Source: a virus (Duplodnaviria; Caudoviricetes). From it: a stretch of 46,827 bases of DNA. Positions 1-8,693 of this stretch are shown here, piece after piece (within the stretch, counting starts at the first letter, position 1; every line of letters begins with the position of its first letter). The stretch spans positions 1-46,827 of the IMG/VR virus record IMGVR_UViG_3300030330_002330. One strand, written 5' to 3'. A program made the translations under genes and the position numbers. Under the pieces are notes generated by a model. The model made no database searches and was not told the origin of the DNA. It saw only the letters and a program-made list of their open reading frames with translations.

Positions 1-99
1 AGGTGGTAAGCGAATTGGAAGAAAGAAAGAAATTTCGTGATGACTTAAAGTGTCCTTATTGTAAGGCACTAGTCTATGACAACAGAAATAACAAGAAGT
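1..99. repeat. 99-bp direct terminal repeat (left copy); indicates a circular, complete assembly
   Basis: 1-99 is identical to 46729-46827 and an ORF reads in frame across the junction. The 99-bp length fits an assembler k-mer overlap better than a biological DTR. Confidence 0.95.
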
Positions 100-242
100 C
101 TGATAAGAGCCCAGACTTTGTTTGTAGCACCAATGACCCTGCTATATGCGGTGGACACACAGGCAAATGGCGTAAATCTTGGTGGTTAGATAACAGTGAT
201 ATACCTAGTGAATGGAATATCAATGAAAAAGAGATTCTGTAA
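3..242 (+). CDS. C-terminal part of a ~180-aa protein starting at 46428; Zn-ribbon-like domain
   Basis: GTG at 3 corresponds to 46731, in frame with ATG 46428. Motif CPYC...DNR...PDFVC....C...W. Confidence 0.8.
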   Translation: MVSELEERKKFRDDLKCPYCKALVYDNRNNKKSDKSPDFVCSTNDPAICGGHTGKWRKSWWLDNSDIPSEWNINEKEIL

Positions 243-348
243 AACTTGCAACCAAGCTTTAACAGATTTCACAAAGTCAGCCAAGAAAGTTATAGGCTGT
301 CGGAATGTTGGTTGTGTAAAATACAACGTGATTATAAGGAGGAAATAA
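223..348 (+). CDS. 41-aa Zn-finger microprotein (not in ORF track)
   Basis: MKKRFCKTCNQALTDFTKSAKKVIGCRNVGCVKYNVIIRRK*; CxxC...CxxxxC; the stop abuts the next ATG at 349. Confidence 0.6.
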   Translation: MKKRFCKTCNQALTDFTKSAKKVIGCRNVGCVKYNVIIRRK

Positions 349-621
349 ATGATAGTAAAATCATTTCGTGGGAAGAAGATTCCTAGTTACATTAAAAGCA
401 AAAGTCAATTAATAGAATATGTATTGATTGAATTTATGGACGATGAACCTATTAGTAACAGTGAGTTTGTATTTGACTTACGTGCTACTAGATTCGGTAG
501 CGTATTGTTTGAATTAAGGGACAGAGGTTTTGATATCTTAACTATGCCTGCTAAAGGTAGAGGTCATTTTAAATATCAATTACAAAGTATGCCTAAAATG
601 AGAACTAAAGCTACAAAATAA
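349..621 (+). CDS. winged HTH-like DNA-binding protein
   Basis: SD AGGAGG. ISNSEF...RFGSVLFELRDRGFDILT...YQL resembles small phage wHTH proteins. Confidence 0.55.
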   Translation: MIVKSFRGKKIPSYIKSKSQLIEYVLIEFMDDEPISNSEFVFDLRATRFGSVLFELRDRGFDILTMPAKGRGHFKYQLQSMPKMRTKATK

Positions 622-624
622 TTT

Positions 625-1035
625 ATGTTACTTAATAGTATCGTCAGTTGTATGTTATTAATTAGTCCTACAATTGACGATATTAGTAACTATCAATATT
701 GTTTAGAAAAAAAATATATGGTTGAATACGTTTACGAATGGCAACCTACAATAGCTAAATACTTTGACAATATTGATGACCAAATAAAGTCTCTAAAAAT
801 TATATACTGTGAGAGTAAAGGTAAACCTAAAGCAGTAGGTAATAACAGAGACGGTACACAAGATGTAGGGTTGTGGCAGTTTAACGACGACACATGGGCT
901 TGGTTAACACCTAAGCTTAACCTTACAAGTAATAGAACTAATCCTGAAGTGTCAACTGCAGTAGCTGCGTGGCTAATAAAACACGATGGTTGGCACCATT
1001 GGAATAGTAGTAAGCATTGTTGGGAGAACAAATGA
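625..1035 (+). CDS. lytic transglycosylase (SLT/lysozyme-like) with N-terminal hydrophobic segment
   Basis: CES (catalytic Glu)..G.PKAV.N...DVGLWQFN..TW and C-terminal GWHHW..S..C, as in SLT/Rpf-like proteins. Confidence 0.8.
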   Translation: MLLNSIVSCMLLISPTIDDISNYQYCLEKKYMVEYVYEWQPTIAKYFDNIDDQIKSLKIIYCESKGKPKAVGNNRDGTQDVGLWQFNDDTWAWLTPKLNLTSNRTNPEVSTAVAAWLIKHDGWHHWNSSKHCWENK

Positions 1036-1235
1036 CAAAAAAGAAAGACATACCAGTATCAAATATATTTGACAGTCCTATGTTATTACGCAATTGGGCA
1101 GTTAATTTAATAGGCGTTTTAGGTAACGCAGCGTTACAACAAATACCTAACATAGAAAAAGTTGATGAATTAATAACACAATTTGTATCAGATTACAATA
1201 GTCAATGGCAAAAACAACAAGGAGAAGAAGAATAA
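1032..1235 (+). CDS. hypothetical protein (67 aa, ends EEE)
   Basis: SD GGGAG before ATG 1032, which overlaps the upstream stop (ATGA). Confidence 0.7.
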   Translation: MTKKKDIPVSNIFDSPMLLRNWAVNLIGVLGNAALQQIPNIEKVDELITQFVSDYNSQWQKQQGEEE

Positions 1236-1318
1236 TGTCACATCCCGTACCTGGAATGGAATATTTTTGTGAAGAGTGTTTTGAAGAATTAGAAGAAGGA
1301 GGACATATATGCCGATGA
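1235..1318 (+). CDS. 27-aa CxxC/HxC microprotein (not in ORF track)
   Basis: TAATG coupling; MSHPVPGMEYFCEECFEELEEGGHICR*. Confidence 0.5.
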   Translation: MSHPVPGMEYFCEECFEELEEGGHICR

Positions 1319-1938
1319 ACTTACGTAAAGGAAAGGCATTTGCTACTAGAGAAGATATGTTAGTACCTGAAACCAGCAGAGTTTCACTGGCAGCACAAAA
1401 GGTAATGACCAAAAGATTGGAAAATGCCGAAAAACTTAATGAATTTGGGGGCAAGCGTTTTCTTGGCTTGACACCAAAGGGTGCCGAAGTCTATGTATAT
1501 TATATAATTGACAGAGACACTATGACAATACAAATGGACTTTAGTCATAGACCAAGTATCTTGCTACGGGAAGGTGCTAAATTAGCTAACAATAGATATA
1601 GTGCTAGACGTGGTACGTCAATAACAACAACCATTGACCATATGACACGTGTTCCACAGAAAAAGAACAATCAAGAAGTAACAGAACAAACATTAAATCA
1701 TCTTATGAGACTTAAAAATCTTAATGATATTAAATTCCATAAAGCTTATGATAAAGGTAAAGTCAGTACTCTCATGACTAGATATGTTACCGATGTAATA
1801 TATACAGGTGATTACGAAAGTTCAAATGAATACCCAACAATACAAGACATATTACAAGTATGGAAATTTCCTATGGGAGGTTCATACTTTGTACCTGAAG
1901 AAGCGTGGTCTTATCCTGATGACTTAGATATTCTCTAA
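1309..1938 (+). CDS. hypothetical protein, last gene of the plus-strand arm
   Basis: 209-aa ORF with SD GGAGG. Confidence 0.75.
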   Translation: MPMNLRKGKAFATREDMLVPETSRVSLAAQKVMTKRLENAEKLNEFGGKRFLGLTPKGAEVYVYYIIDRDTMTIQMDFSHRPSILLREGAKLANNRYSARRGTSITTTIDHMTRVPQKKNNQEVTEQTLNHLMRLKNLNDIKFHKAYDKGKVSTLMTRYVTDVIYTGDYESSNEYPTIQDILQVWKFPMGGSYFVPEEAWSYPDDLDIL

Positions 1939-1996
1939 GTCTCAGGTTTTTTTTTAACCTAAGTCATCGTATCCAAGAATTGGAAACGGCCTAATT

Positions 1997-2059
1997 TTAA
2001 TAACGCTTAGTCTTTTTTTTCTTATAGGCCTTTTTTTTACCTTTTTTAGAGATAGGCAT
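1997..2059 (-). CDS. 20-aa highly basic peptide (not in ORF track)
   Basis: TAATG coupling to the upstream gene; MPISKKGKKKAYKKKKTKRY*. Confidence 0.55.
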   Translation of the reverse strand: MPISKKGKKKAYKKKKTKRY

Positions 2060-2397
2060 TATAATATTTTACCCTTTCTTCCATTAGGATAATTTGTTTT
2101 CTTAAACTGACTTGCAGTATCCCACATTTTCAAAGCATCCTTCATAGATTTATTTGCACGGTTTTGCTGACTAACCATTCTACTTATGTTTTTCATAACC
2201 CAAGGATTCATTTCATTCCCCTTGCTATGTTTATTAACCCACTTTGCATCGACACCTAAATCTAATTTTTTAAATGTCTCGTATTTCTTAGTTGCGAGAA
2301 TCTCATGTTGTTGCGTTCTACGTTGCATTTCGTTTCTACCCATACCCTCAGTCGTAGGATTGAAATCTGGTCTAGCGTTTTTTGGACGCCGAGCCAT
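2059..2397 (-). CDS. basic hypothetical protein
   Basis: 112-aa ORF, SD GGAGG, TAATG coupling. Confidence 0.75.
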   Translation of the reverse strand: MARRPKNARPDFNPTTEGMGRNEMQRRTQQHEILATKKYETFKKLDLGVDAKWVNKHSKGNEMNPWVMKNISRMVSQQNRANKSMKDALKMWDTASQFKKTNYPNGRKGKIL

Positions 2398-3353
2398 TAG
2401 TAACCTCCTGTTGCAGAGAAGCCACCCTTGTTCTTATATTTTTTCATTTGCTTCTCATGTCCAGTAGTACCAGCATAATTATGAACAGCTTTAGCTGCAT
2501 CATATACCATCCATGCAGTACCTACTCCAGATAAACCAGTAGCTATTTTAGCTGCACCTTTACCTACAAGTTTTGCTCCTGCAGATATTTGAGGTGTAGT
2601 TAATTTAGAAACTGCTGTACCTAATTTACTACTTCTTTGTACTAAGCCTTTAACATTTCCTGCTTTATCTAAATAATGTACAGCATATTTATCTTTAGGA
2701 AACAATGTAGTACCTTTAGGTTGTAATACAGGTCTTTTACTACTTCCAAATAAATCAAATGTAATACCTCTATTACCTTTATATTTGATACCTTTACCAT
2801 ATTGTTTTGTTTCTTTAATAGTCATACCAAATCTATCACGACCTAAACCAGTCTGTGCTCTAGCAGCTTTACCACCTTTAATAGAAGTTCTCCATGTAGT
2901 TTTACGTTGCGAAACTTTAGCTTTATTATGTTCAAATATCTCTGTACCAAATTGATTAATTGGTACATGTTTGCCAGCCCATTTATATTTTATCTGGTCA
3001 GGCGTACCTTTATACGCAGTATATGATGTAGGATAACTTTTTGTCCATTGCTGATAAGTTTTAGTAGTTATATTTTTATGTGTCTTACCACCCTTAGACC
3101 AACCTCTTCGTCTATTTTCAGTAAGTTGTTGGCTTTTAAACTGACCACTATATTCTCCAAGACCTCTTTTCCATGCAAACTTTTGACCAGTTTTTTCCAT
3201 ACCATATTTAGCTAATACTTTTTCGCCTTTGTAGTCTATTAAACTAGTACCACTAGGAATATAATTAGGACCAATAGATTTAATAGTTTGACCAGCAGCA
3301 ATAAAGCCTAGGCCATTAACTTGTTTCTTTTTTTCTGGGTCAGCTTTAGCCAT
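2397..3353 (-). CDS. Lys/Gly-rich basic hypothetical protein
   Basis: 318-aa ORF in the late operon with very few acidic residues. Confidence 0.75.
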   Translation of the reverse strand: MAKADPEKKKQVNGLGFIAAGQTIKSIGPNYIPSGTSLIDYKGEKVLAKYGMEKTGQKFAWKRGLGEYSGQFKSQQLTENRRRGWSKGGKTHKNITTKTYQQWTKSYPTSYTAYKGTPDQIKYKWAGKHVPINQFGTEIFEHNKAKVSQRKTTWRTSIKGGKAARAQTGLGRDRFGMTIKETKQYGKGIKYKGNRGITFDLFGSSKRPVLQPKGTTLFPKDKYAVHYLDKAGNVKGLVQRSSKLGTAVSKLTTPQISAGAKLVGKGAAKIATGLSGVGTAWMVYDAAKAVHNYAGTTGHEKQMKKYKNKGGFSATGGY

Positions 3354-3358
3354 TATTA

Positions 3359-3547
3359 CTACTTACTAATTTGTTTCTTAGCGTATGTTTTAATAACTGC
3401 TAATGCAGCACCACCACCAGCTAATGCAGCTAACTGTAATGTTTCAGCTTCTACACCAACTAACGGAGCAACTGTTAAAGCACCAATAAATGCTTCAATG
3501 AATGTCCAAGCTGTACGCTCCAACATATCTTTTAAGTCATCACTCAT
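3359..3547 (-). CDS. holin (r1t/actinophage-type); alternative upstream start at 3661
   Basis: DMLERTAWTFIEAFIGAL...LAALAGGGAALAVIKT matches the 2-TM r1t-like holin pattern, with a basic C-terminus. Confidence 0.75.
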   Translation of the reverse strand: MSDDLKDMLERTAWTFIEAFIGALTVAPLVGVEAETLQLAALAGGGAALAVIKTYAKKQISK

Positions 3548-3629
3548 TTTATAACTCCATGCTTCATTCCAAGGGGTCCACGCCACATCCTTTTTGAACG
3601 TCCCATCAGAGTTTCTTTTTCTCTTAAAC

Positions 3630-5534
3630 TTATTTACTAAATTTGCCAGCTCCACCACCACCTTTATGTAATCCTATTATACCCTTTAAAGCTATTGCTC
3701 CTGGTATAAATCTATGACCACCTTTAAATTTCGTAATGTTCTTTCTTATTCTAGCATCTCTTGAACTAGAAACTTCATCTTTTTTAGGAAAACGTGTATT
3801 AGGTCTATCATCAAGCATTCTATTAATACTTGAATCTGGATTATTAACTACAACACGAGGTACATTACTTTCTTTTAATTGTTGTTTAAATGCTTTACTT
3901 TCACCATAAGATACACCTTTACCATAATTAAGACGAGAAACTTCACCACTTGCTCCTAAAGCACCAGAAAATCCTATCCTATCAAACTTACTACTAGACG
4001 CATTAAAGTATGTATCAGTAGGATTTTTTAAAGGTACGTTAATACCTTTCATTTCACCAACACCCATTATTTTTGCTGAGTGTAAGTTACGTATAGGTGA
4101 TTCTCCAAAATCTCCTCTGAAATAAGCTTCAGTCATTTTTACAGTAACATCACTTTTAGGTTTATCAATATCAATACCAGTTCTCCAATCAGTTCTATGA
4201 CCATACCCAGGTTGTCCAGCAGCCATAGATAATATATCTTTTTTAATAACTCTACGATACACTGCATCATCTATAATTTGCTTATGAACACGTGTTAATT
4301 CTTTTAATGAATCACTTTGTCCTACACCAAGATTATCTACTCTAGGTGTTAAAGCTGTTTCCATATATGCTTTGTATCCTGGTGTTTTTTTCCCACCAAA
4401 ATGTTGAGCAGCTGCTTCTTCCCAATCTTTAATACCAAACTTTGTTTGTTCAGCTGTCCATTGTTCTTTACCAAATTTCATTCCACTTCTAGTTCGTGCA
4501 CTTGGAGGAACACCTAATCCTTGTACTAACGCTGACATTTTAGAACTTAACTTATAATCTTGACCACCTGTTCCACCTAGTTTTGGACCACCAGAACCTA
4601 AATCTGCTTCAACTTGAATTCTTTTCTTTTTACCAGTTTTTGGATTTACTACCCATTCATATTTTGCTTCAACACCAGATACAGCGGCACGTTCTTCTAA
4701 AGTAGATTCATGAAAGTTACCTATTCCCATTTGTTCTACGTGCATATCACGTGCTAAATCAGTTGTTCTTGGTGTATTTCCAGCACCTTGTTCAACTACT
4801 GATGTAGCAAATTGAACATCTCTTCCAACTTGAGCAGGGTCAGCTGGTTTATTTGCAACAGCTAATTCTTTGTCAGTAAATGTTCCAGTGTTTTTCATAT
4901 CAACCATAGCTGCAATATCTTGAGGTCTGCTAGTGTTTAAATCACTTATTACTCCAGTAGTAAATGCTTGATGTCTAATTTTCTTTTCTGTTTCTACATC
5001 AATTAAATCATCAGCTCCAGCCCAACCAGATTTTACATTTACTTCAGCAATATAATCAGCTTTAGCTTGTGTAGCTTCAATTAATTCTCTTTCCCACTTA
5101 GCTTTTTGAAATATTGTTATATCTTTACTACCAATAACAGGTGCAGATTCTGCATTAAAATTTAAAACTTCTTCAGCTAATTTAATTCTATCATCAAATT
5201 TACTTAACAAATTTTTAGCAGATGTAGTATCAACTGGTTGACCTGTATCTATTATTTTTTTATCTTTCCAACCAGTATCGCTTTTAGTTTCTACACTATG
5301 AATTAACGTTGTTGCTTTGGGTGTGTTAGACGGAGAAAAAACATCGCTTACATTTGCATCTCTACCTGCACGTAATTTAGCAATTACTTTTTGTTGTGCT
5401 TCAGTTTTACTTTCTTGTCTTAAAGGTGTGTCATCTATATTTGGACTTATATCTTCAGGTAAATTACCATCTTCAGGATTAAAAACTGATTTTTTATCAA
5501 ATCCAAACTTAGCAATACGTTTAATTTGTCTCAT
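3630..5534 (-). CDS. hypothetical protein (634 aa), possibly virion-associated
   Basis: Long ORF coupled by TAATG to the upstream gene. Confidence 0.7.
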   Translation of the reverse strand: MRQIKRIAKFGFDKKSVFNPEDGNLPEDISPNIDDTPLRQESKTEAQQKVIAKLRAGRDANVSDVFSPSNTPKATTLIHSVETKSDTGWKDKKIIDTGQPVDTTSAKNLLSKFDDRIKLAEEVLNFNAESAPVIGSKDITIFQKAKWERELIEATQAKADYIAEVNVKSGWAGADDLIDVETEKKIRHQAFTTGVISDLNTSRPQDIAAMVDMKNTGTFTDKELAVANKPADPAQVGRDVQFATSVVEQGAGNTPRTTDLARDMHVEQMGIGNFHESTLEERAAVSGVEAKYEWVVNPKTGKKKRIQVEADLGSGGPKLGGTGGQDYKLSSKMSALVQGLGVPPSARTRSGMKFGKEQWTAEQTKFGIKDWEEAAAQHFGGKKTPGYKAYMETALTPRVDNLGVGQSDSLKELTRVHKQIIDDAVYRRVIKKDILSMAAGQPGYGHRTDWRTGIDIDKPKSDVTVKMTEAYFRGDFGESPIRNLHSAKIMGVGEMKGINVPLKNPTDTYFNASSSKFDRIGFSGALGASGEVSRLNYGKGVSYGESKAFKQQLKESNVPRVVVNNPDSSINRMLDDRPNTRFPKKDEVSSSRDARIRKNITKFKGGHRFIPGAIALKGIIGLHKGGGGAGKFSK

Positions 5535-6118
5535 TATAAAATAACTTTCTTATCAAGTTTAGCACCAACTATTTGAATTTCTCCACTTATCTCTTCAAGC
5601 TTTTCTAATATGTCATTGCTCTGTATATTATCTGTGTCATTACTATTGATAGTTCCATCGTAGTCTATATATGTCACCCATACATCACCTTGTTGTATAG
5701 CTGCTGCTACATAAGGATAAACTATCTTATAAGCATTAACACTAGACCCTACAAATCCATCTTTTTGCACAAGGTTGCTAGTTTGTGAATCTCCTAACAG
5801 TAAACAACCTGCAGTATTTTCATCAGTATTACCCGTATGCCATAAGATATATTGAAATCCTGGTACATCATTAACATGTATCATACCTTGGTGCATATTG
5901 CCATACTTAGCTTGATATCTTGTATGAAATCCACCTTCTTTTCTTAATGAAAGTTTATATTTACCAGCAGGAATTCTTGTTTCACCCCAAACTTTTACAT
6001 CACGTTGCTCATCTTCTAATGTGTAACAAAGAAAATTTCTTTTACCATTAACAACATCAAATAAAATTCCAGATGTTGAATCTTTTTGTGAACTAAATCT
6101 TAGTACTTCTAATTCCAT
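5534..6118 (-). CDS. DUF5675-like putative cell-wall peptidase/endolysin (L,D-transpeptidase-like)
   Basis: CYTLED..R..KV.GET.IPAG.Y...ILWHTGN...NTAGCLLLG (His/Cys pair). Likely start ATG 6118; the track gives 6169. Confidence 0.7.
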   Translation of the reverse strand: MELEVLRFSSQKDSTSGILFDVVNGKRNFLCYTLEDEQRDVKVWGETRIPAGKYKLSLRKEGGFHTRYQAKYGNMHQGMIHVNDVPGFQYILWHTGNTDENTAGCLLLGDSQTSNLVQKDGFVGSSVNAYKIVYPYVAAAIQQGDVWVTYIDYDGTINSNDTDNIQSNDILEKLEEISGEIQIVGAKLDKKVIL

Positions 6119-6194
6119 TACAACTCTCGCTTCCGTATTTACAATTACAAATTTGCATAAATGACCCATCCACTTCTTGTGTTACTATACACAT
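6093..6194 (-). CDS. 33-aa Cys-rich microprotein (not in ORF track)
   Basis: SD GGAGG, TAATG coupling; MCIVTQEVDGSFMQICNCKYGSESCNGIRSTKI*. Confidence 0.55.
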   Translation of the reverse strand: MCIVTQEVDGSFMQICNCKYGSESCNGIRSTKI

Positions 6195-6232
6195 TAGTTT
6201 CCTCCGCAACAACCGTTACCACAACAGTCCAT
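6194..6232 (-). CDS. 12-aa Cys/Gly peptide (not in ORF track)
   Basis: MDCCGNGCCGGN*; TAATG-coupled at both ends; upstream AGGTGAG SD-like sequence. Confidence 0.5.
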   Translation of the reverse strand: MDCCGNGCCGGN

Positions 6233-6447
6233 TATCTGCTCACCTTGCCTTTATTATCTGGTTTATCTTTTCTAAAACCTATAGTTAATAACCAAATTAT
6301 TAATGTAATTATAGTCGCAAGACCTGTAATCTGCTGGGCACTACCAGTTAGCGTTAGGGTCGCAATAACCAAACCGACTAATGTCCAGCTAAGGTTTAAT
6401 GTTTCTTTAACTATAGTTATAAACCAATTCCAAATTTTTTTTAGCAT
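6232..6447 (-). CDS. small 2-TM membrane protein (holin-like)
   Basis: Two hydrophobic stretches and a basic C-terminal tail. Confidence 0.65.
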   Translation of the reverse strand: MLKKIWNWFITIVKETLNLSWTLVGLVIATLTLTGSAQQITGLATIITLIIWLLTIGFRKDKPDNKGKVSR

Positions 6448-8336
6448 TAACTTCTCCTAAATATAAAGGATGCCATTGTAGCTATTCTAGTCAAAATAAC
6501 TGGCACTACAACTTCTTGAGCTTTTTCCTTTTGGTCAGTAGTCATGTCACTACCTATGTCAGTAATGTTTATATCTTGTATGTCAATATCTAGTATTACT
6601 TCTAATGGGTCTTCTATAAATTCTTCAAATGCTACTTCAGTAACAACATCAGCTAATGTATAATTTTCTACATCTGCATTTTCTACTGCACGTTCAACGT
6701 ATTCTTCTACAGCTTGAGCTACTGTATCATCTTGTTTAACTGCTTCTGCAATGATTTCAACATCTTCAGTTTCAACTTGTAATACTTCAGCGACAACCTC
6801 AACCTGGTCATCCGTAAGTTCTGCAACATCTTCTATAGCTTCCTCTACTACTGCCTGAATAACTTCCTGGACTTCTTCTGATACTTCTTCTAAATTTTGT
6901 ACACCAACATCGTTAACTTCTTCAAGAACTTCTATAACTTCTTCTGTTTCAAGTTCTTCTACATACTCATCAATAACTTCAACAATTTCTTCTTCTGTTA
7001 AATCTTCATCAGAAACAGGTATATCAATAACTTCAACAATTTCAGCGACTTCTTCAACAATCTCTTCATCAGTAAGTTCTATAGGTTCTTTCTCAACATC
7101 TTCCTGTATTGGCTCATCCAGAACTTCCTCATCCACCACTTTATCTTCCACCACAATAATAGACTCATCTTCTATTACCTCCTCTTCTATGACTATAATT
7201 ATATCATCAGGTATATCTAGCTCAATAACTTCTTCTTCGATTTCAATAATTTCAATAGTTTCTTCTATTTCTTTAATAACTTCAACTAATTCTTCAACTT
7301 CTTCTTCAGATAAATCTTCAACAATAGTAGATTCTTCAAGCTCTAATAATATTTCTTCTTCTTTTTCAGCATCAAGCTGTTCCTGAAGTAAACGTTCTTC
7401 TTCAGCTTTAATCTCTGCTTCAATAACAGCTATCTCTTCTTCCGTAAGTTCAATAACTTCTTCTTCAATAACTTCTTCTGTAAGGGTGTCATCTTCAAGT
7501 ATCTCTTCGTCCAACTCATCATCTATCTCTTCTTCGATAATTTCAACAACAATATCAGGTATATCAGTGCAATCACCGGGCTGATAGCCAAACCAATCTC
7601 CACTTTCTATTGCCTCCAAATATTGTTTATACGAAAGCGGGTTATTAGGATGTTCGCAACCGTTTTCATCCCACGCAAGATAGGTTGTAATGTTATCTTC
7701 AACAACATCTGCCGCCTTAGGTAACGTTGTCGTTGTTGTGGTGGTAGTAGTTGTCGTCGAACTAGATGTCGTTGTAGTAGGTACATTATCATACTTATAG
7801 TATACATTATCTATGAGCCACCAGTCAGCAATTCCTTCTATAACTATTTCTGTAATAAATGTTTCTACACCTTCAGCTACTACAAATACTTTACTACCTG
7901 CTATTGTCATATCAGTATTTACATCTAATGTAAAAGTTTCAGATACACCATTATCGTAATACACAGTACCAGATACACTACCTTGGTCTATAGCACCATA
8001 ATTCAAACCTACTTCGTAAGGTTCATTAGGAAATGCAATAGTAAGATTGTCAGAACTACCTCTTATACCTAGTTGATATCTATCATTACCAAAATAAACA
8101 CTTTGAAAACAATCCATATCTTCTATACCTATAAGGCCTGCTTCTTGTGTACTAGCACAATCAGGACTTTGTGTGGTCGCAGCACTTACAACTGTATCAC
8201 TAGCTCCATACACAAATGTAATATCTGTATTTATTTCTTGATTATCAAATGTTTCTATGACTGTAGTTTCTTCTGCTATAGAATGTATAGGCACAGCTAG
8301 TAAAAAAACTGCAGTTAATACTGCAAATTTTTTCAC
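6447..8336 (-). CDS. secreted/membrane-anchored protein with Thr-rich linker and extremely acidic stalk
   Basis: Signal peptide MKKFAVLTAVFLLAVPIHSIA, poly-T/S linker, long E/D/V/I-rich region, hydrophobic C-terminus ending FRRS. Confidence 0.8.
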   Translation of the reverse strand: MKKFAVLTAVFLLAVPIHSIAEETTVIETFDNQEINTDITFVYGASDTVVSAATTQSPDCASTQEAGLIGIEDMDCFQSVYFGNDRYQLGIRGSSDNLTIAFPNEPYEVGLNYGAIDQGSVSGTVYYDNGVSETFTLDVNTDMTIAGSKVFVVAEGVETFITEIVIEGIADWWLIDNVYYKYDNVPTTTTSSSTTTTTTTTTTTLPKAADVVEDNITTYLAWDENGCEHPNNPLSYKQYLEAIESGDWFGYQPGDCTDIPDIVVEIIEEEIDDELDEEILEDDTLTEEVIEEEVIELTEEEIAVIEAEIKAEEERLLQEQLDAEKEEEILLELEESTIVEDLSEEEVEELVEVIKEIEETIEIIEIEEEVIELDIPDDIIIVIEEEVIEDESIIVVEDKVVDEEVLDEPIQEDVEKEPIELTDEEIVEEVAEIVEVIDIPVSDEDLTEEEIVEVIDEYVEELETEEVIEVLEEVNDVGVQNLEEVSEEVQEVIQAVVEEAIEDVAELTDDQVEVVAEVLQVETEDVEIIAEAVKQDDTVAQAVEEYVERAVENADVENYTLADVVTEVAFEEFIEDPLEVILDIDIQDINITDIGSDMTTDQKEKAQEVVVPVILTRIATMASFIFRRS

Positions 8337-8527
8337 ATTAAATTATTGATTAACACCACCAGTGCCGAGATTGCAACTAACCAACCAGATAGCTCTTGTC
8401 TTGATATTTTTTGATTAACTTTTTCATGTAATTCATCTATACGTTTATTGATATCTTGTTGTCCTTCTAATATAAGATTCAACATTTCTTTCTGTGTAAA
8501 ACCGTTTCCTCCGTTATAAGATGTCAT
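8333..8527 (-). CDS. coiled-coil protein with C-terminal TM (lysis-associated?)
   Basis: MTSYNGGNGFTQKEML...INKRIDELHEKVN...WLVAISALVVLINNLM. Start uncertain; the track gives 8590. Confidence 0.6.
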   Translation of the reverse strand: MTSYNGGNGFTQKEMLNLILEGQQDINKRIDELHEKVNQKISRQELSGWLVAISALVVLINNLM

Positions 8528-8675
8528 CTCTATCCCAATCATCTTGCCAATTCCAAGTATCCTTTTTGTGATAATAATAAGGAGTATCATTTGATTTGCC
8601 AGTTAAGAAATTATATAAATTACCATAGTTTTCAATAACTAAAACAACTAAAAGTAATAATATGAGCAAATCCAT
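8514..8675 (-). CDS. 53-aa N-terminal TM protein, probably leaderless (not in ORF track)
   Basis: MDLLILLLLVVLVIENYGNLYNF...DDIL*; ATG lies 7 nt after an extended -10. Confidence 0.55.
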   Translation of the reverse strand: MDLLILLLLVVLVIENYGNLYNFLTGKSNDTPYYYHKKDTWNWQDDWDRDDIL

Positions 8676-8682
8676 AAATCGG

Positions 8683-8693
8683 ATTATAGCACA
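8683..8693 (-). promoter_or_regulatory. extended -10 promoter TGTGCTATAAT
   Basis: Perfect TGnTATAAT in the gap after the halogenase-like gene. Confidence 0.65.

Noticed and set aside
30-65. Self-target of array 1 (reverse-complement gapped pattern includes TG.CC.TA.TG, matching the CPYC codons)
   Set aside because: Only 5 of 12 dinucleotides match fully, which is compatible with chance.
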